Source: a virus. From it: 64,000 nucleotides of DNA. Location of the stretch: positions 1 through 64,000 of IMG/VR virus record IMGVR_UViG_3300044959_000237; one strand, written 5' to 3'. Numbering within the stretch: the first letter of the stretch is position 1; each line of letters starts with the position of its first letter. Of this stretch, positions 39,034 to 48,680 are shown piece after piece. The notes below the pieces were generated by a model that saw only the letters and a list, made by a program, of their open reading frames with translations, searched no databases and was not told the DNA's origin. A program made the position numbers and the translations under genes.

Positions 39034-39513
39034 TCAAAACAAAAGTTCATCAGGGTGATAATAGGTTATTGCATACTTTATGCAACCATTTATGACATAT
39101 TCACTCAAATCGTCAATTAGAATTCTGCAATTTTTTCGAAAAGCAATCTTTCCTTTCCATTCCTTCAATTGATTTACAATTTCAATATTGTTTTTTTGTT
39201 TGTCGAGAATGTAATTGTTATTTACAATTTTTTCATATTCTTCTATGTATTTTTTCGGCAAACCTGTTATACTTTTGAAATATGATTCGTCGAGTCCGGA
39301 TTCGTTTTTTATATCGTTGAAAGCATTTTCAAAATATTCATTGTATCTGAAAGTTATCAAATGAATGTCATGTTTATCTTTGTTGTTTTTCAAATACTCC
39401 CATATGAATTCCTTGACTTTACTGCAACCAATAAGAGTATGATCGATATCCAAAGCAATATTCTCGTGTTTCGAAAAAATCACAGGAATTTTGGTAATTT
39501 CATAGTTTTTCAT
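39034..39513 (-). CDS. HAD-superfamily phosphatase-like protein
   Basis: Motif I IALDIDHTL, motif II LITFR, a Lys and motif IV ILIDD. Confidence 0.75.
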   Translation of the reverse strand: MKNYEITKIPVIFSKHENIALDIDHTLIGCSKVKEFIWEYLKNNKDKHDIHLITFRYNEYFENAFNDIKNESGLDESYFKSITGLPKKYIEEYEKIVNNNYILDKQKNNIEIVNQLKEWKGKIAFRKNCRILIDDLSEYVINGCIKYAITYYHPDELLF

Positions 39514-39562
39514 GAATTTTCAACCTCGAAAATTTGCAATTTTCATCAAAAAACGATCAATT

Positions 39563-40120
39563 TCATGAAGTTTTTGTATTGAATTTTATTTTTCTTTTTA
39601 CCTTTCTTTCCTTTTTCGAATTTTCGGTATTTTCTTTTTTTGTCGTTTTTCTGGTTTTTCTGATTTTTTCAATTGCTTCGATTTTATTATTTTCGTTTTT
39701 TTCGATGATATTGTTCAAATCAAAAAACACTCGATCATTTTCGACAGAATTTTCACAGTGAATTATTACCAATTCAAAATCATTCGATTTGAAAAATTTT
39801 ATTTTCTTTTGTTGAATTTTCTGTTTTTCCAGAAATGTCGAAATTTCATTTTTCATATTTTCCAAATTTTCTCCTGAAATGACAATCTTGTTTTTGTTTA
39901 TGTTTTTATTTTTCAAAAACATTTTTTGTATATATTGCAGTCTGAAAAATTCATTTTGTAAATTTTCCGGAATGGACAACAAAATAAAATCATCTTTATT
40001 TTCATATTTTACCGAATTTTTTTCCAAAAGATTTTTCAATTGAAACCATTCGAAAAGAAAATCATCGTTTATCGATCTTTCTATCATGAAATGAGGATTT
40101 CTTATCAATACATCGATCAT
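39563..40120 (-). CDS. Hypothetical protein
   Basis: 185 aa with a basic tail; ATAAATA at 40148-40142. Confidence 0.65.
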   Translation of the reverse strand: MIDVLIRNPHFMIERSINDDFLFEWFQLKNLLEKNSVKYENKDDFILLSIPENLQNEFFRLQYIQKMFLKNKNINKNKIVISGENLENMKNEISTFLEKQKIQQKKIKFFKSNDFELVIIHCENSVENDRVFFDLNNIIEKNENNKIEAIEKIRKTRKTTKKENTENSKKERKVKRKIKFNTKTS

Positions 40121-40189
40121 CTGTAATTTTCCTTTTTCGAATATTTATGAAACAAAAGGTAAAAATGATTGAATTTTCGAAAAGACAAA

Positions 40190-42580
40190 TCAATAAAGTT
40201 TGTGTGAATAAATTATTGTCTTGTAAATTCTATACAATCTTTTTCCATCAGGACGTACGAATACGGAATCTCCACCATAAGCATTGACGTATTTCAATTT
40301 TGCCGAAGACAAATCCCAGAAATTTTTCAATTCGTAACGCCGTATCAAATCTGGTTGTATGACATAGATAACATTGCCTGAATCATTGAAATAGATATCT
40401 GCTAATCCATAATCATGTATTCCGAGAAAGACATTATCATAAGTTGCAGTAGAAATATTCCAATCAGAACTCAATGTATACGAATGTATTTTTCGACTCG
40501 TTCTTCCCACTATATAAAATTTTTTTCCATCAGGTCTGAAAAACATGCCAGTTGGTTGTAATTCTTCCGTATCTACAGAAAAACTTACATTATCATACGT
40601 TATTGTAGAAATATTCCATGGTATACTCAAAGTGTAAGAATATATACTACGATTATTATATCCAAGAATATACATTTTTGTTCCGTCGGGTTTGAAACGT
40701 ATACTTGTGGGCAAGAAATCTTGTGTAATAGAATAACTCGTACCATCATCAATTGCAGTGGAAATATTCCATGGAGAAGATAATGTATAAGAACGTATGG
40801 TTTTATTGAAAGCAGTTATGATATAAAATTTGGTACCATCAGGTTTGAAAAATAAATCTATAGGATAATCACCCAAAAATGGTAACAAATCCAAACTGTT
40901 TTCGATAATGAAAGGAAAATTCAATTCAAATGGTTTTATTGTACTCGAATGAAGAATTGAACCATTGGCAGAATCGGTTATATAAATTTTTTCTCCATTG
41001 TTCTTCAAAAAAACTCCGGTAGGAAAAGCATTGTAAGTGTTGATGTAGAAAATGTTGTTATCATATGTTCCACTACCAAGATTCCATGGAGTTCCAAGTG
41101 TGTATGAAGCAACAATATTATTGAAAGCATCGAATACGACCACATATACTTTTTTTCCGTCTGGTTTGAAAAATATCGATCTTGGAGTAGAGTCTTCATT
41201 TTCAATGTACAAAGAATCTCCATAACCATCGAAAGTTGCAGTCGAAATATCCCAAGAACTGGAAAGAGAATAAGAATATATTCCTTCAGAATCACCAGTT
41301 ATGTACATTTTTGTACCATCGAATTTGAAAAATAATCCAAAAGGTAATGATTCTTCACTTCCGACATCAAAATCCAAACCATCATATGTTGCCGAGGATA
41401 TATCCCATGCATTACTCAAGGTATAGGAGTATACCCTGGTATTTGTAGAACCAAGAATATACATTTTAGTACCATCTGTTTTGAAAAACAATGAAGTAGG
41501 ATTCGAATCTTCGCTTCCAACATAGAATTCCAAACCATCATATGTTGCAGTATCCACTTCCCATGGAGTGCTCAAAGTATACGAATATACTTTTGCAGTC
41601 GTAGAACCCAAAATATACATCTTGAGACCATCCGATCTGAAAAATATTTCTTCTGGTGTTTTATCTTCGTTTCCAACATAAAAGTTTTCAATGTTGTAAC
41701 TTGCAGTAGAAATTTCCCAAGAATTTTTCAAACTATAAGAAAAAATTTGTGCTTGATTCGAACCCAAAACATATACTCGACTTCCATCATTACGAAAGAA
41801 AAATGAAAAACTTGCCCAATCTTGTCCACCAACGAAAAAACTTTCATCATCGTAACTTGCCGAAGAAATATTCCATGGAGTACTCAATGTATATGAGTAA
41901 ATTCTATCATTGTCATCCCCGATTACATACATCTTTGTACCATCTGGTTTGAAAAATATTTCTTCCGGAAACAAATCTTCCGAAATTACTGAAAAACCAA
42001 AACCATCATAAGAAGCGGTAGAAATATCCCATGGAATACTTAATGTATAGGAGTAAATATTCGAATTGTCTTGTCCAGCAATATAAATTTTTGTTCCATC
42101 GGGTTTGAAATACAATGAATAAACCAAAGTATCTTCATCACCAAAATAGAAATTTACTCCATCATAACTTGCTGAAGATATTTCCCAAGGAATACTCAAT
42201 GTATAAGAATAAATTTGTTTGTTGTCATTTCCGAGTGTATATAATTTTGTGCCATCATTCTTGAAAAACATTGCGGTAAAATACGAATCTTCTGGTCCTA
42301 AAGTAAAACTCGAATTGTCGTAATTTGCCGTGGTAATATCCCACGGAATACTCAAAGTATAAGAATAAATTGTATTGGTATCATAATCGAGCACATACAA
42401 TTTTGTACCATCGTCTCTGAAATACAAATCCATTGGATACGTACTTTGATTTCCTAAAGAAAAAAAGATGTCATTTACAGGAACGGAAATATTGAAAAAA
42501 TTCAATCTTTCCATCAAAAAAAGACCGAAGGAAGAATTGTTTATTTTTATTTTTGCGTTTTCTATTTTCAAATGTACCAT
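40190..42580 (-). CDS. Beta-propeller repeat protein (~15 repeats of ~52 aa), likely virion-associated
   Basis: Repeats of FFKPDGTKMYI...IYSYTLSTPWDISTATYD; late motif at 42616-42610. Confidence 0.85.
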   Translation of the reverse strand: MVHLKIENAKIKINNSSFGLFLMERLNFFNISVPVNDIFFSLGNQSTYPMDLYFRDDGTKLYVLDYDTNTIYSYTLSIPWDITTANYDNSSFTLGPEDSYFTAMFFKNDGTKLYTLGNDNKQIYSYTLSIPWEISSASYDGVNFYFGDEDTLVYSLYFKPDGTKIYIAGQDNSNIYSYTLSIPWDISTASYDGFGFSVISEDLFPEEIFFKPDGTKMYVIGDDNDRIYSYTLSTPWNISSASYDDESFFVGGQDWASFSFFFRNDGSRVYVLGSNQAQIFSYSLKNSWEISTASYNIENFYVGNEDKTPEEIFFRSDGLKMYILGSTTAKVYSYTLSTPWEVDTATYDGLEFYVGSEDSNPTSLFFKTDGTKMYILGSTNTRVYSYTLSNAWDISSATYDGLDFDVGSEESLPFGLFFKFDGTKMYITGDSEGIYSYSLSSSWDISTATFDGYGDSLYIENEDSTPRSIFFKPDGKKVYVVVFDAFNNIVASYTLGTPWNLGSGTYDNNIFYINTYNAFPTGVFLKNNGEKIYITDSANGSILHSSTIKPFELNFPFIIENSLDLLPFLGDYPIDLFFKPDGTKFYIITAFNKTIRSYTLSSPWNISTAIDDGTSYSITQDFLPTSIRFKPDGTKMYILGYNNRSIYSYTLSIPWNISTITYDNVSFSVDTEELQPTGMFFRPDGKKFYIVGRTSRKIHSYTLSSDWNISTATYDNVFLGIHDYGLADIYFNDSGNVIYVIQPDLIRRYELKNFWDLSSAKLKYVNAYGGDSVFVRPDGKRLYRIYKTIIYSHKLY

Positions 42581-42622
42581 TTCGACTTTCCCGATATTTT
42601 AATTTCAAATATTTATTTTATG

Positions 42623-42661
42623 AAAAAAAAAGGAGGAAGATGTAAATTACATCTTCCTCCT
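42623..42661 (-). terminator. Intrinsic terminator
   Basis: Inverted repeat AGGAGGAAGATGTAA/TTACATCTTCCTCCT followed by a T run on the minus strand. Confidence 0.85.
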
Positions 42662-42686
42662 CGAAAATTGATTTATTATGATAATT

Positions 42687-43094
42687 TTATATCATAAACT
42701 GAGTCAAAACGACAGAAACGTTGTTGTTGACGGTTGGGGTTGTATAAACAAACCCTGCAATTCCATGAAGTGACTCTTCAAGTGATATATCCGGGCTTGT
42801 CCATGCATCCGGATGTTCGATGGCAAATCTGAAATTATAGACTGGAACAGGTCCAAGACCTGCTGCAGCTGGAAGATCGAGTGGATCTGTTTCTGTTGTT
42901 GTAGTTACACTTCCAATAATGACTGGCTGTGCACGTGTACTGATTATCTCGATCAATTTTTCGAAATTTTTTTGTGAAGTATCTGCAAAATTACCAGTCG
43001 GAGTTATATCGACCAAAGTACGGAGTAAAAAGAAATCCATATCTTTGGTCAAGAATTCTTTTGGTACCGCGGCTCCATGTACTCTTTCTACCAT
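42687..43094 (-). CDS. Virion structural protein (small, MVERVHG-type)
   Basis: AGGAG RBS, ATAAATA at 43134-43128 and its own terminator. Confidence 0.75.
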   Translation of the reverse strand: MVERVHGAAVPKEFLTKDMDFFLLRTLVDITPTGNFADTSQKNFEKLIEIISTRAQPVIIGSVTTTTETDPLDLPAAAGLGPVPVYNFRFAIEHPDAWTSPDISLEESLHGIAGFVYTTPTVNNNVSVVLTQFMI

Positions 43095-43140
43095 TTTATT
43101 TCTCCTGAAAAATAGTTTGGTTGTAAATATTTATTATTTT

Positions 43141-43371
43141 TCAAAATCTTTTTATCAATAAACCTTTTATTTTCGAATTTTTTTGTTTGGTTTTTTCATT
43201 TTCTTTTCTTTTATCGTAATTTTCACGATGATTGTATATACTTCTCCAATATTCATTCGAAAATCCAGCAGAACCAAGAGGGAAAGTCAACGTAGCGACA
43301 TTTCCGGAAGATGTACTTCCGGCAGTGGATGTTTCATAAAGAATATCTTCGAATAATTCTACCAACCTCAT
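43141..43371 (-). CDS. Small hypothetical protein, probable internal head protein
   Basis: N-terminus MRLVELFEDILYE-TSTAGSTSSG. Confidence 0.65.
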   Translation of the reverse strand: MRLVELFEDILYETSTAGSTSSGNVATLTFPLGSAGFSNEYWRSIYNHRENYDKRKENEKTKQKNSKIKGLLIKRF

Positions 43372-43387
43372 TTTATTGTTTCCTTTT

Positions 43388-45580
43388 CTACCATGGTATT
43401 TCTTTGTAAAGATTTCTCGATTCCATCGATTCTTTCCATTCTTTCATTACATCATCGACAATATTTTTTCTGTTTTTTCTCAGTAATTCCATTATTCTTT
43501 TGATACTTTTGAGATCTTCGGCTTTTGCATCATTTCCGAGCAAAATTTTGGCTATTTTGTTCTTGTCCTTGATTTCTGGGGAAATTATCGTATCTTTTCT
43601 GTTTTTCAAAGGTTTTCCATCTTTTGTTCTTATTTCGGAAATTATTCTGATCAATCCGTCTTTTGGACTGTATCTCCATCTTTCTATTCGTACGGGAATT
43701 CCATCTATTTTTTCTTCAGAAACCTTTCTGTCCAAGAATTTTGCTATGGAACCTAACAGTGAGTTGAGATGAGCTCCTTTGAATTCTTCTTCGATTGGAC
43801 TTACATAATACGATTTCAACCAATTTACATCACCAAATATCAAATCGATCTGAACATGATCTTTTGTTCCTGCTACAGGATATTTCAGATGTATCATCGA
43901 TGATAATATCTTATGTGCATAATTCGAATTTTTTACTTTTTGTTTAATTTCATCATACATGCTTTCCGGAAGAGCGATATCTATATCACTCGATATCTGT
44001 TTTACAAAAGCACTTCCAAGAAGATTGTTTTTCAGAATTTCGAAAGGTATATCGAGATCTTTGGACAAATTTTCAAGAGTTGGTAATATTTTGCTTTTTT
44101 CTATTTTCACTGTTTCAGGAAAGACGTTTCCTCCTTCTTTCAGCAAGTTTCTCGAATATCTTTTTTCAACCAGTTTTTCTTTTCCCGAAAAAAGTATGAA
44201 AACAACATCTTCGATATTTTTACCTTTATCAAGTTGTTTCAACATTTCTTCCAAATCTGCTCGAAATTCTGCAAAAGTTTCCAACGTTTTTCTGTGTTGA
44301 GCATTGGTATATTCGAACGTTCTGTCTATTTTTTCGAGATATATTTTGATTCTGTTTCTGTTTCTTTTGTAATATTCCAACATTGCATCGAGTGCTTTGA
44401 TTGCTTTGGTCAGAATTTCTTTTATTTTGTTTTTGACTTCATCTACGGGTTTGTTTATTTCTATTCTTTCCCGATTCTTTATTTTATTTCTCAATTCTAT
44501 TGGTTTGTAACCAAGAACATTCGATATTCTGGATACAATTTTGGAGAAATAAGAACCGGTTTTTTTGGATAAATTACTGTCTTTCAGTAATGATCTTACT
44601 TTCCAGTTGAATTTGTTCAATTCTGTAAAAATATCTTTATCTACCAACTTGAAACTTTTTCCTGTAATTCGATCCCGGAATACTACTCCTTCTATCCATC
44701 CACCTTCTTCGAATTTCGGACCAAATTTGCTTTCGAGATTTCTTACGAAATGATTCAACAAATCTTCCTTGATATTGAGTTTCATTTGCATTATCTGATC
44801 TTTTATTCTGTTTTTTTCTTCTTTTATCTTTTCTTTCAGAATTTCCCAATCATTTCTTTCGATGTTGTTTGGTTTTCTATTCAGTGGAATGGAAATGATG
44901 TCTATGTTATTCAGTCCTTTTATGTTGGAAGGATGTGAAAGATAATTTTCGATGTTCCTTATTTTCTTTTCCAAAACATTTCTCAAATGTTCTTTATCGA
45001 TAATATTCGGGTTTATTCTAGGCGTAACATCGAACAACCAGACATGTTTTTCTGCAATTTTTCTGATTGTTTTTCCATCGTCTGTAAAAGGAACGTCCAA
45101 TACGACCTCGACTCTTTTTCCTTTCAGATAATCGACCAGTTTTTCAAATCTGTCTTGTAATTTTTCTTTTTCTTTCTGAGCAGAAAATGGATTCAACAAT
45201 ACTACCTGATTTTCATCGCCTTTGTAAGGAACAGTGTTGGGAAGTTCTCCGAATAGTATTTCAGCCACGAAAGAATCACCGGGATATACTATTTTATTCA
45301 ATATATCGAATAAGACTTTTTCAAGAGCCAGATGAGCACTTCTGAATCCTGTTGTCCAAAATTTCAAAGGATAATCTTTTTCATTGTAAAATCTTTTACC
45401 ACCTTTCATTTCTCTGGAAGTATAAAATTTGCCATTTTCGTCGAAACCAAATATTATATTTGCACCATCTATTTTTTCAGTTATTTCGAATTCGTTGATT
45501 TTTTTTATTGTTTCCAGAAAATCCAAAACGGGCAGATCTTCTATATGTACAAGTCCTTCTGTCAAATGTTTCAAAAACAT
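43388..45580 (-). CDS. Two-domain protein: ATP-dependent ligase-like nucleotidyltransferase fused to a Pol-beta-like nucleotidyltransferase
   Basis: N-terminal half has TEKIDG (motif I), AEIL, EGVVFR and KLVDK. C-terminal half has EGGNVF, LGSA, SSDIDIA and VQIDL. Confidence 0.7.
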   Translation of the reverse strand: MFLKHLTEGLVHIEDLPVLDFLETIKKINEFEITEKIDGANIIFGFDENGKFYTSREMKGGKRFYNEKDYPLKFWTTGFRSAHLALEKVLFDILNKIVYPGDSFVAEILFGELPNTVPYKGDENQVVLLNPFSAQKEKEKLQDRFEKLVDYLKGKRVEVVLDVPFTDDGKTIRKIAEKHVWLFDVTPRINPNIIDKEHLRNVLEKKIRNIENYLSHPSNIKGLNNIDIISIPLNRKPNNIERNDWEILKEKIKEEKNRIKDQIMQMKLNIKEDLLNHFVRNLESKFGPKFEEGGWIEGVVFRDRITGKSFKLVDKDIFTELNKFNWKVRSLLKDSNLSKKTGSYFSKIVSRISNVLGYKPIELRNKIKNRERIEINKPVDEVKNKIKEILTKAIKALDAMLEYYKRNRNRIKIYLEKIDRTFEYTNAQHRKTLETFAEFRADLEEMLKQLDKGKNIEDVVFILFSGKEKLVEKRYSRNLLKEGGNVFPETVKIEKSKILPTLENLSKDLDIPFEILKNNLLGSAFVKQISSDIDIALPESMYDEIKQKVKNSNYAHKILSSMIHLKYPVAGTKDHVQIDLIFGDVNWLKSYYVSPIEEEFKGAHLNSLLGSIAKFLDRKVSEEKIDGIPVRIERWRYSPKDGLIRIISEIRTKDGKPLKNRKDTIISPEIKDKNKIAKILLGNDAKAEDLKSIKRIMELLRKNRKNIVDDVMKEWKESMESRNLYKEIPW

Positions 45581-45614
45581 ATCAATATATCCCCCTTGTT
45601 GTTTTTGTAATTTT

Positions 45615-46802
45615 TCATTCTTGTATACATTTTTTCAAGGAATACAAACATTTGTAAAATTTGTCGTCATTGAATTTCTTGTTGTTTAGTTCTTCTTGTA
45701 TTACTTTTCCCAAACATTTGAAAACTTCTGCCATAAATTCGAGATTGAATGGAGTGAAACATTTTGGATTTCCCAGTATATTATCGAAAATCTCTTTTCT
45801 TATTTCCTTTCTTCTTTTTATCAAAATGAATATTTGAACAGGTTCGTATTTTTTGATTTCGTTTACACTGATATATTTTTTTATATCTTCTCTCAAGGAG
45901 TCAAGTAAATCTTCTTTCGATTTTGCACTTGATGATGATTTTTCAGTTTGTCGAGTTTGTTGAGTTTGTCGAGTTACCGATTTCATATCAGCTGCCAATT
46001 TGTCATCAATATTTTTATCGTATGTTCCTTTCAAAACTTTTTTCCATCCTCTACGAACAGCAATTTCTTTTGCAATATAAAAAATGAAATCTCGAATCAA
46101 AGGTAAACTTTGTGGTAATGGAGCAGTCAACTCGTCTTTTAATACTTTGTTGTCTTTTGTAAATTTGTCATAATAGAAATTTACGAAAAACGGATCCAGA
46201 TTTTTCTCATTGATAAGATATTCTTTGAAAATTTCCAAATTCATACTTTCACTGTCTTTGGAGCCAGGTAATCTGAATTTTATGTTTGCAGTGTTTATCG
46301 ATCTTACCAATTTTTGAAAATACGACCACAAATCTTCGGCAATTCTTCTCGATTCTATTTCTATTGCTTTTTGTTCCCATACATTTGGATCCAAAAGTTT
46401 CTTGATTTTCTCGATAGTGCTTCCTTGCTCACAAACTTTTTCTTTTCTTTCCGTTTTTTCTATGCCAGCATGTCTTTTTATATCCGAATAAACACTGTCG
46501 TCGTTCTCGTCACAAGTATATCTCAAACCCAATTCCCATGCTCTACGATCCAATGCATCTCTGGCAAATGCAAAAGTATCATATGAATGATCGAAAAAAC
46601 TGGAATATTGTCTTGCAAGATCATTGATAACATCTATAGGATATTCTCCATTTTCAATTCTTTTTTTCATAATTTCCGTACATGCATCCAGCCATTCCTT
46701 GACTTTTGGAATGGAACAAAATTTTTTCATGTCTATTTCATTTACATATAATTCAGAGTTACGAATCGATTCGAGTTTGTCCAGAATATCTCTCATTTTC
46801 AT
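45615..46802 (-). CDS. Hypothetical protein, probable internal head protein
   Basis: MKMRDILDKLE start, DIKRHAGI motif and a 9-bp TRQ/TQQ micro-repeat at 45945-45975. Confidence 0.7.
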   Translation of the reverse strand: MKMRDILDKLESIRNSELYVNEIDMKKFCSIPKVKEWLDACTEIMKKRIENGEYPIDVINDLARQYSSFFDHSYDTFAFARDALDRRAWELGLRYTCDENDDSVYSDIKRHAGIEKTERKEKVCEQGSTIEKIKKLLDPNVWEQKAIEIESRRIAEDLWSYFQKLVRSINTANIKFRLPGSKDSESMNLEIFKEYLINEKNLDPFFVNFYYDKFTKDNKVLKDELTAPLPQSLPLIRDFIFYIAKEIAVRRGWKKVLKGTYDKNIDDKLAADMKSVTRQTQQTRQTEKSSSSAKSKEDLLDSLREDIKKYISVNEIKKYEPVQIFILIKRRKEIRKEIFDNILGNPKCFTPFNLEFMAEVFKCLGKVIQEELNNKKFNDDKFYKCLYSLKKCIQE

Positions 46803-47050
46803 ACCTTTTTGTTTTTCGAATATTCTTTTATGATTTTGTCCAGTTTTTTGATAAATTTTTCAGAATCGCCTTTTTTGACCGATAAAATAAACTTCGAAAG
46901 AAGAATATCACAATTTTCATCTCCAAATTCTTCACGAATGGAGTCGAAAAGATTTATGGTAGATTCTACTATATTTTTTGCTTTCGAACTTATAAGCAGA
47001 TCTTTTCTTGGTATTTTTATATCTGCCAGTTCTTCTAATAATGATCTCAT
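46799..47050 (-). CDS. Small hypothetical protein
   Basis: MRSLLEEL start; an exact TATAAATA lies upstream at 47142-47135. Confidence 0.65.
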   Translation of the reverse strand: MRSLLEELADIKIPRKDLLISSKAKNIVESTINLFDSIREEFGDENCDILLSKFILSVKKGDSEKFIKKLDKIIKEYSKNKKV

Positions 47051-47075
47051 TTTTTTCTTTTTTGTTTTTTTTTCC

Positions 47076-48680
47076 TTACAAGAAATCAATTTTTTTCAGA
47101 ATATTCTTCAAACTTGTGTCGTTTTCTTCTAAACTATTTATATTACTAATATTTTTCGAATATAATGTATTTTTTTTATCAATTGTTTTTTTGTCACTTT
47201 TCTGTTTTATTCTTTTGTTTTCTATCATGTTTTCTATTTCTTTTTCAAAATCTTTTGCATTTACAACATTTCGAACTTCTTCTTCGATACCGTTTTCATC
47301 ATCTGAATTTGTGTTTTTTTCCATAATTGTATTATCTGTTTTTTCTGAATTTCGATTGTGTGTTTCTTTCAAAACAAACTTTTTTATCAAGAGTGAATTT
47401 CTTTCTTCATGTTCTTCTTCATCATAGTCTGGAGAATCATCGATTCTCATACAAAGAGGATCATAATTCATTACAATTTCTTTTCCTACACCAGAACTGC
47501 TACGAGTTTTGATGAACTTGATTTTGTATTTTTCGTCTTTGGTAAGTCTTTTGATGGTTATGACATTATCTGCTGTATTTATTTTACTGATACCACCGGC
47601 AATATGACTCATTTCATGTTCATCTGCATCTATGGCAGAACGATTCAACTGACTTGCAGTGACGCATAAAATGTTTTTTTCTACAGCCAATCCTCTTACT
47701 TCTTCGGAAACAAATTTGTCTTTTATGAACAAATCGCTCGGATCGACTTTTTTGTTCGATGGATACATCAAATCCAGATAATCGACAATTATTGCATCAG
47801 GTAAATATCCACGTTGTATTTCATACTCTTTCAAATGAGACCTGAGATCATTTATGTTTGCTCCGGCTGGCAGAACTTTTATATCCAAATTGCCAACGTT
47901 GGGATCTTTTTTCAGATGTTTCAGAAACATATCAACGGCTTCAGCATTTCGAAAGTTTTCTTTTGTAGATTTTTTCAAAATCATTGCATCGATTCTCGAT
48001 GCAACCAACAGATCGGACAATTCCAATGTGTAATATACAACGTTCAGTCCTTTTGAAATTTTTTTGTTTATTTTCGGTCCCAATATCCAATTTACTGCAA
48101 TATTTTGTAAAAACAAACTTTTTCCTTCACCGGAATTGCCAGCAAATATTGTTATTTCGCCTCTGTTCAAACCACCATAGAGAACTTTGTCTATTGTATT
48201 CCAACCCGTAGATATGGTGTTGTTGTTATTGAGTAATTTTTCGATTCTTTCTTTCGGGGATTCGAAATAGTTCAAACCAATATCGAAATCGAATTTGACA
48301 GATAAAGCATCTTTGATACTTTGCTCGATACCCTCGAATATTCCTTTTTCTATTTTTTCCGAAGATTCCAGAATGGAATGCATCAAAGCTTTGGTTTTAC
48401 AGAATTTTTCCAGTTCTTCGAGAAAATATTCTCTTTGTTTTACAATTTTTTCTTTTGATAAATCTACTTTTTCCAGATTTGAAAATTCGGAATAAAGCAC
48501 TTCATCTGTTGGAAGTGAATTGTATTTCGAGGAAAAATCCATGATGAAACTGACAACGTTTTTGTATATTCCATCGAAATACTTCGGTTTTACGATTTTC
48601 AGACACTTTATGAAAGAATCTTGGTCTTTCAACAGAAATTCTATCAATAATCTTTGTTTTTCTTTACTTGTTTCCATCAA
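47076..48680 (-). CDS. Replicative DnaB-family helicase (T4 gp41-like)
   Basis: Motifs AGNSGEGKS, TLELS, IIVDYLD, TASQLNR and KTR; low-complexity C-terminal extension. Confidence 0.93.
   Translation of the reverse strand: MMETSKEKQRLLIEFLLKDQDSFIKCLKIVKPKYFDGIYKNVVSFIMDFSSKYNSLPTDEVLYSEFSNLEKVDLSKEKIVKQREYFLEELEKFCKTKALMHSILESSEKIEKGIFEGIEQSIKDALSVKFDFDIGLNYFESPKERIEKLLNNNNTISTGWNTIDKVLYGGLNRGEITIFAGNSGEGKSLFLQNIAVNWILGPKINKKISKGLNVVYYTLELSDLLVASRIDAMILKKSTKENFRNAEAVDMFLKHLKKDPNVGNLDIKVLPAGANINDLRSHLKEYEIQRGYLPDAIIVDYLDLMYPSNKKVDPSDLFIKDKFVSEEVRGLAVEKNILCVTASQLNRSAIDADEHEMSHIAGGISKINTADNVITIKRLTKDEKYKIKFIKTRSSSGVGKEIVMNYDPLCMRIDDSPDYDEEEHEERNSLLIKKFVLKETHNRNSEKTDNTIMEKNTNSDDENGIEEEVRNVVNAKDFEKEIENMIENKRIKQKSDKKTIDKKNTLYSKNISNINSLEENDTSLKNILKKIDFL
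47135..47142 (-). promoter_or_regulatory. T4-type late promoter TATAAATA
   Basis: Exact consensus inside the helicase 3' end, upstream of the 47050-43141 gene block. ATAAATA variants precede at least 14 other genes. Confidence 0.6.
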
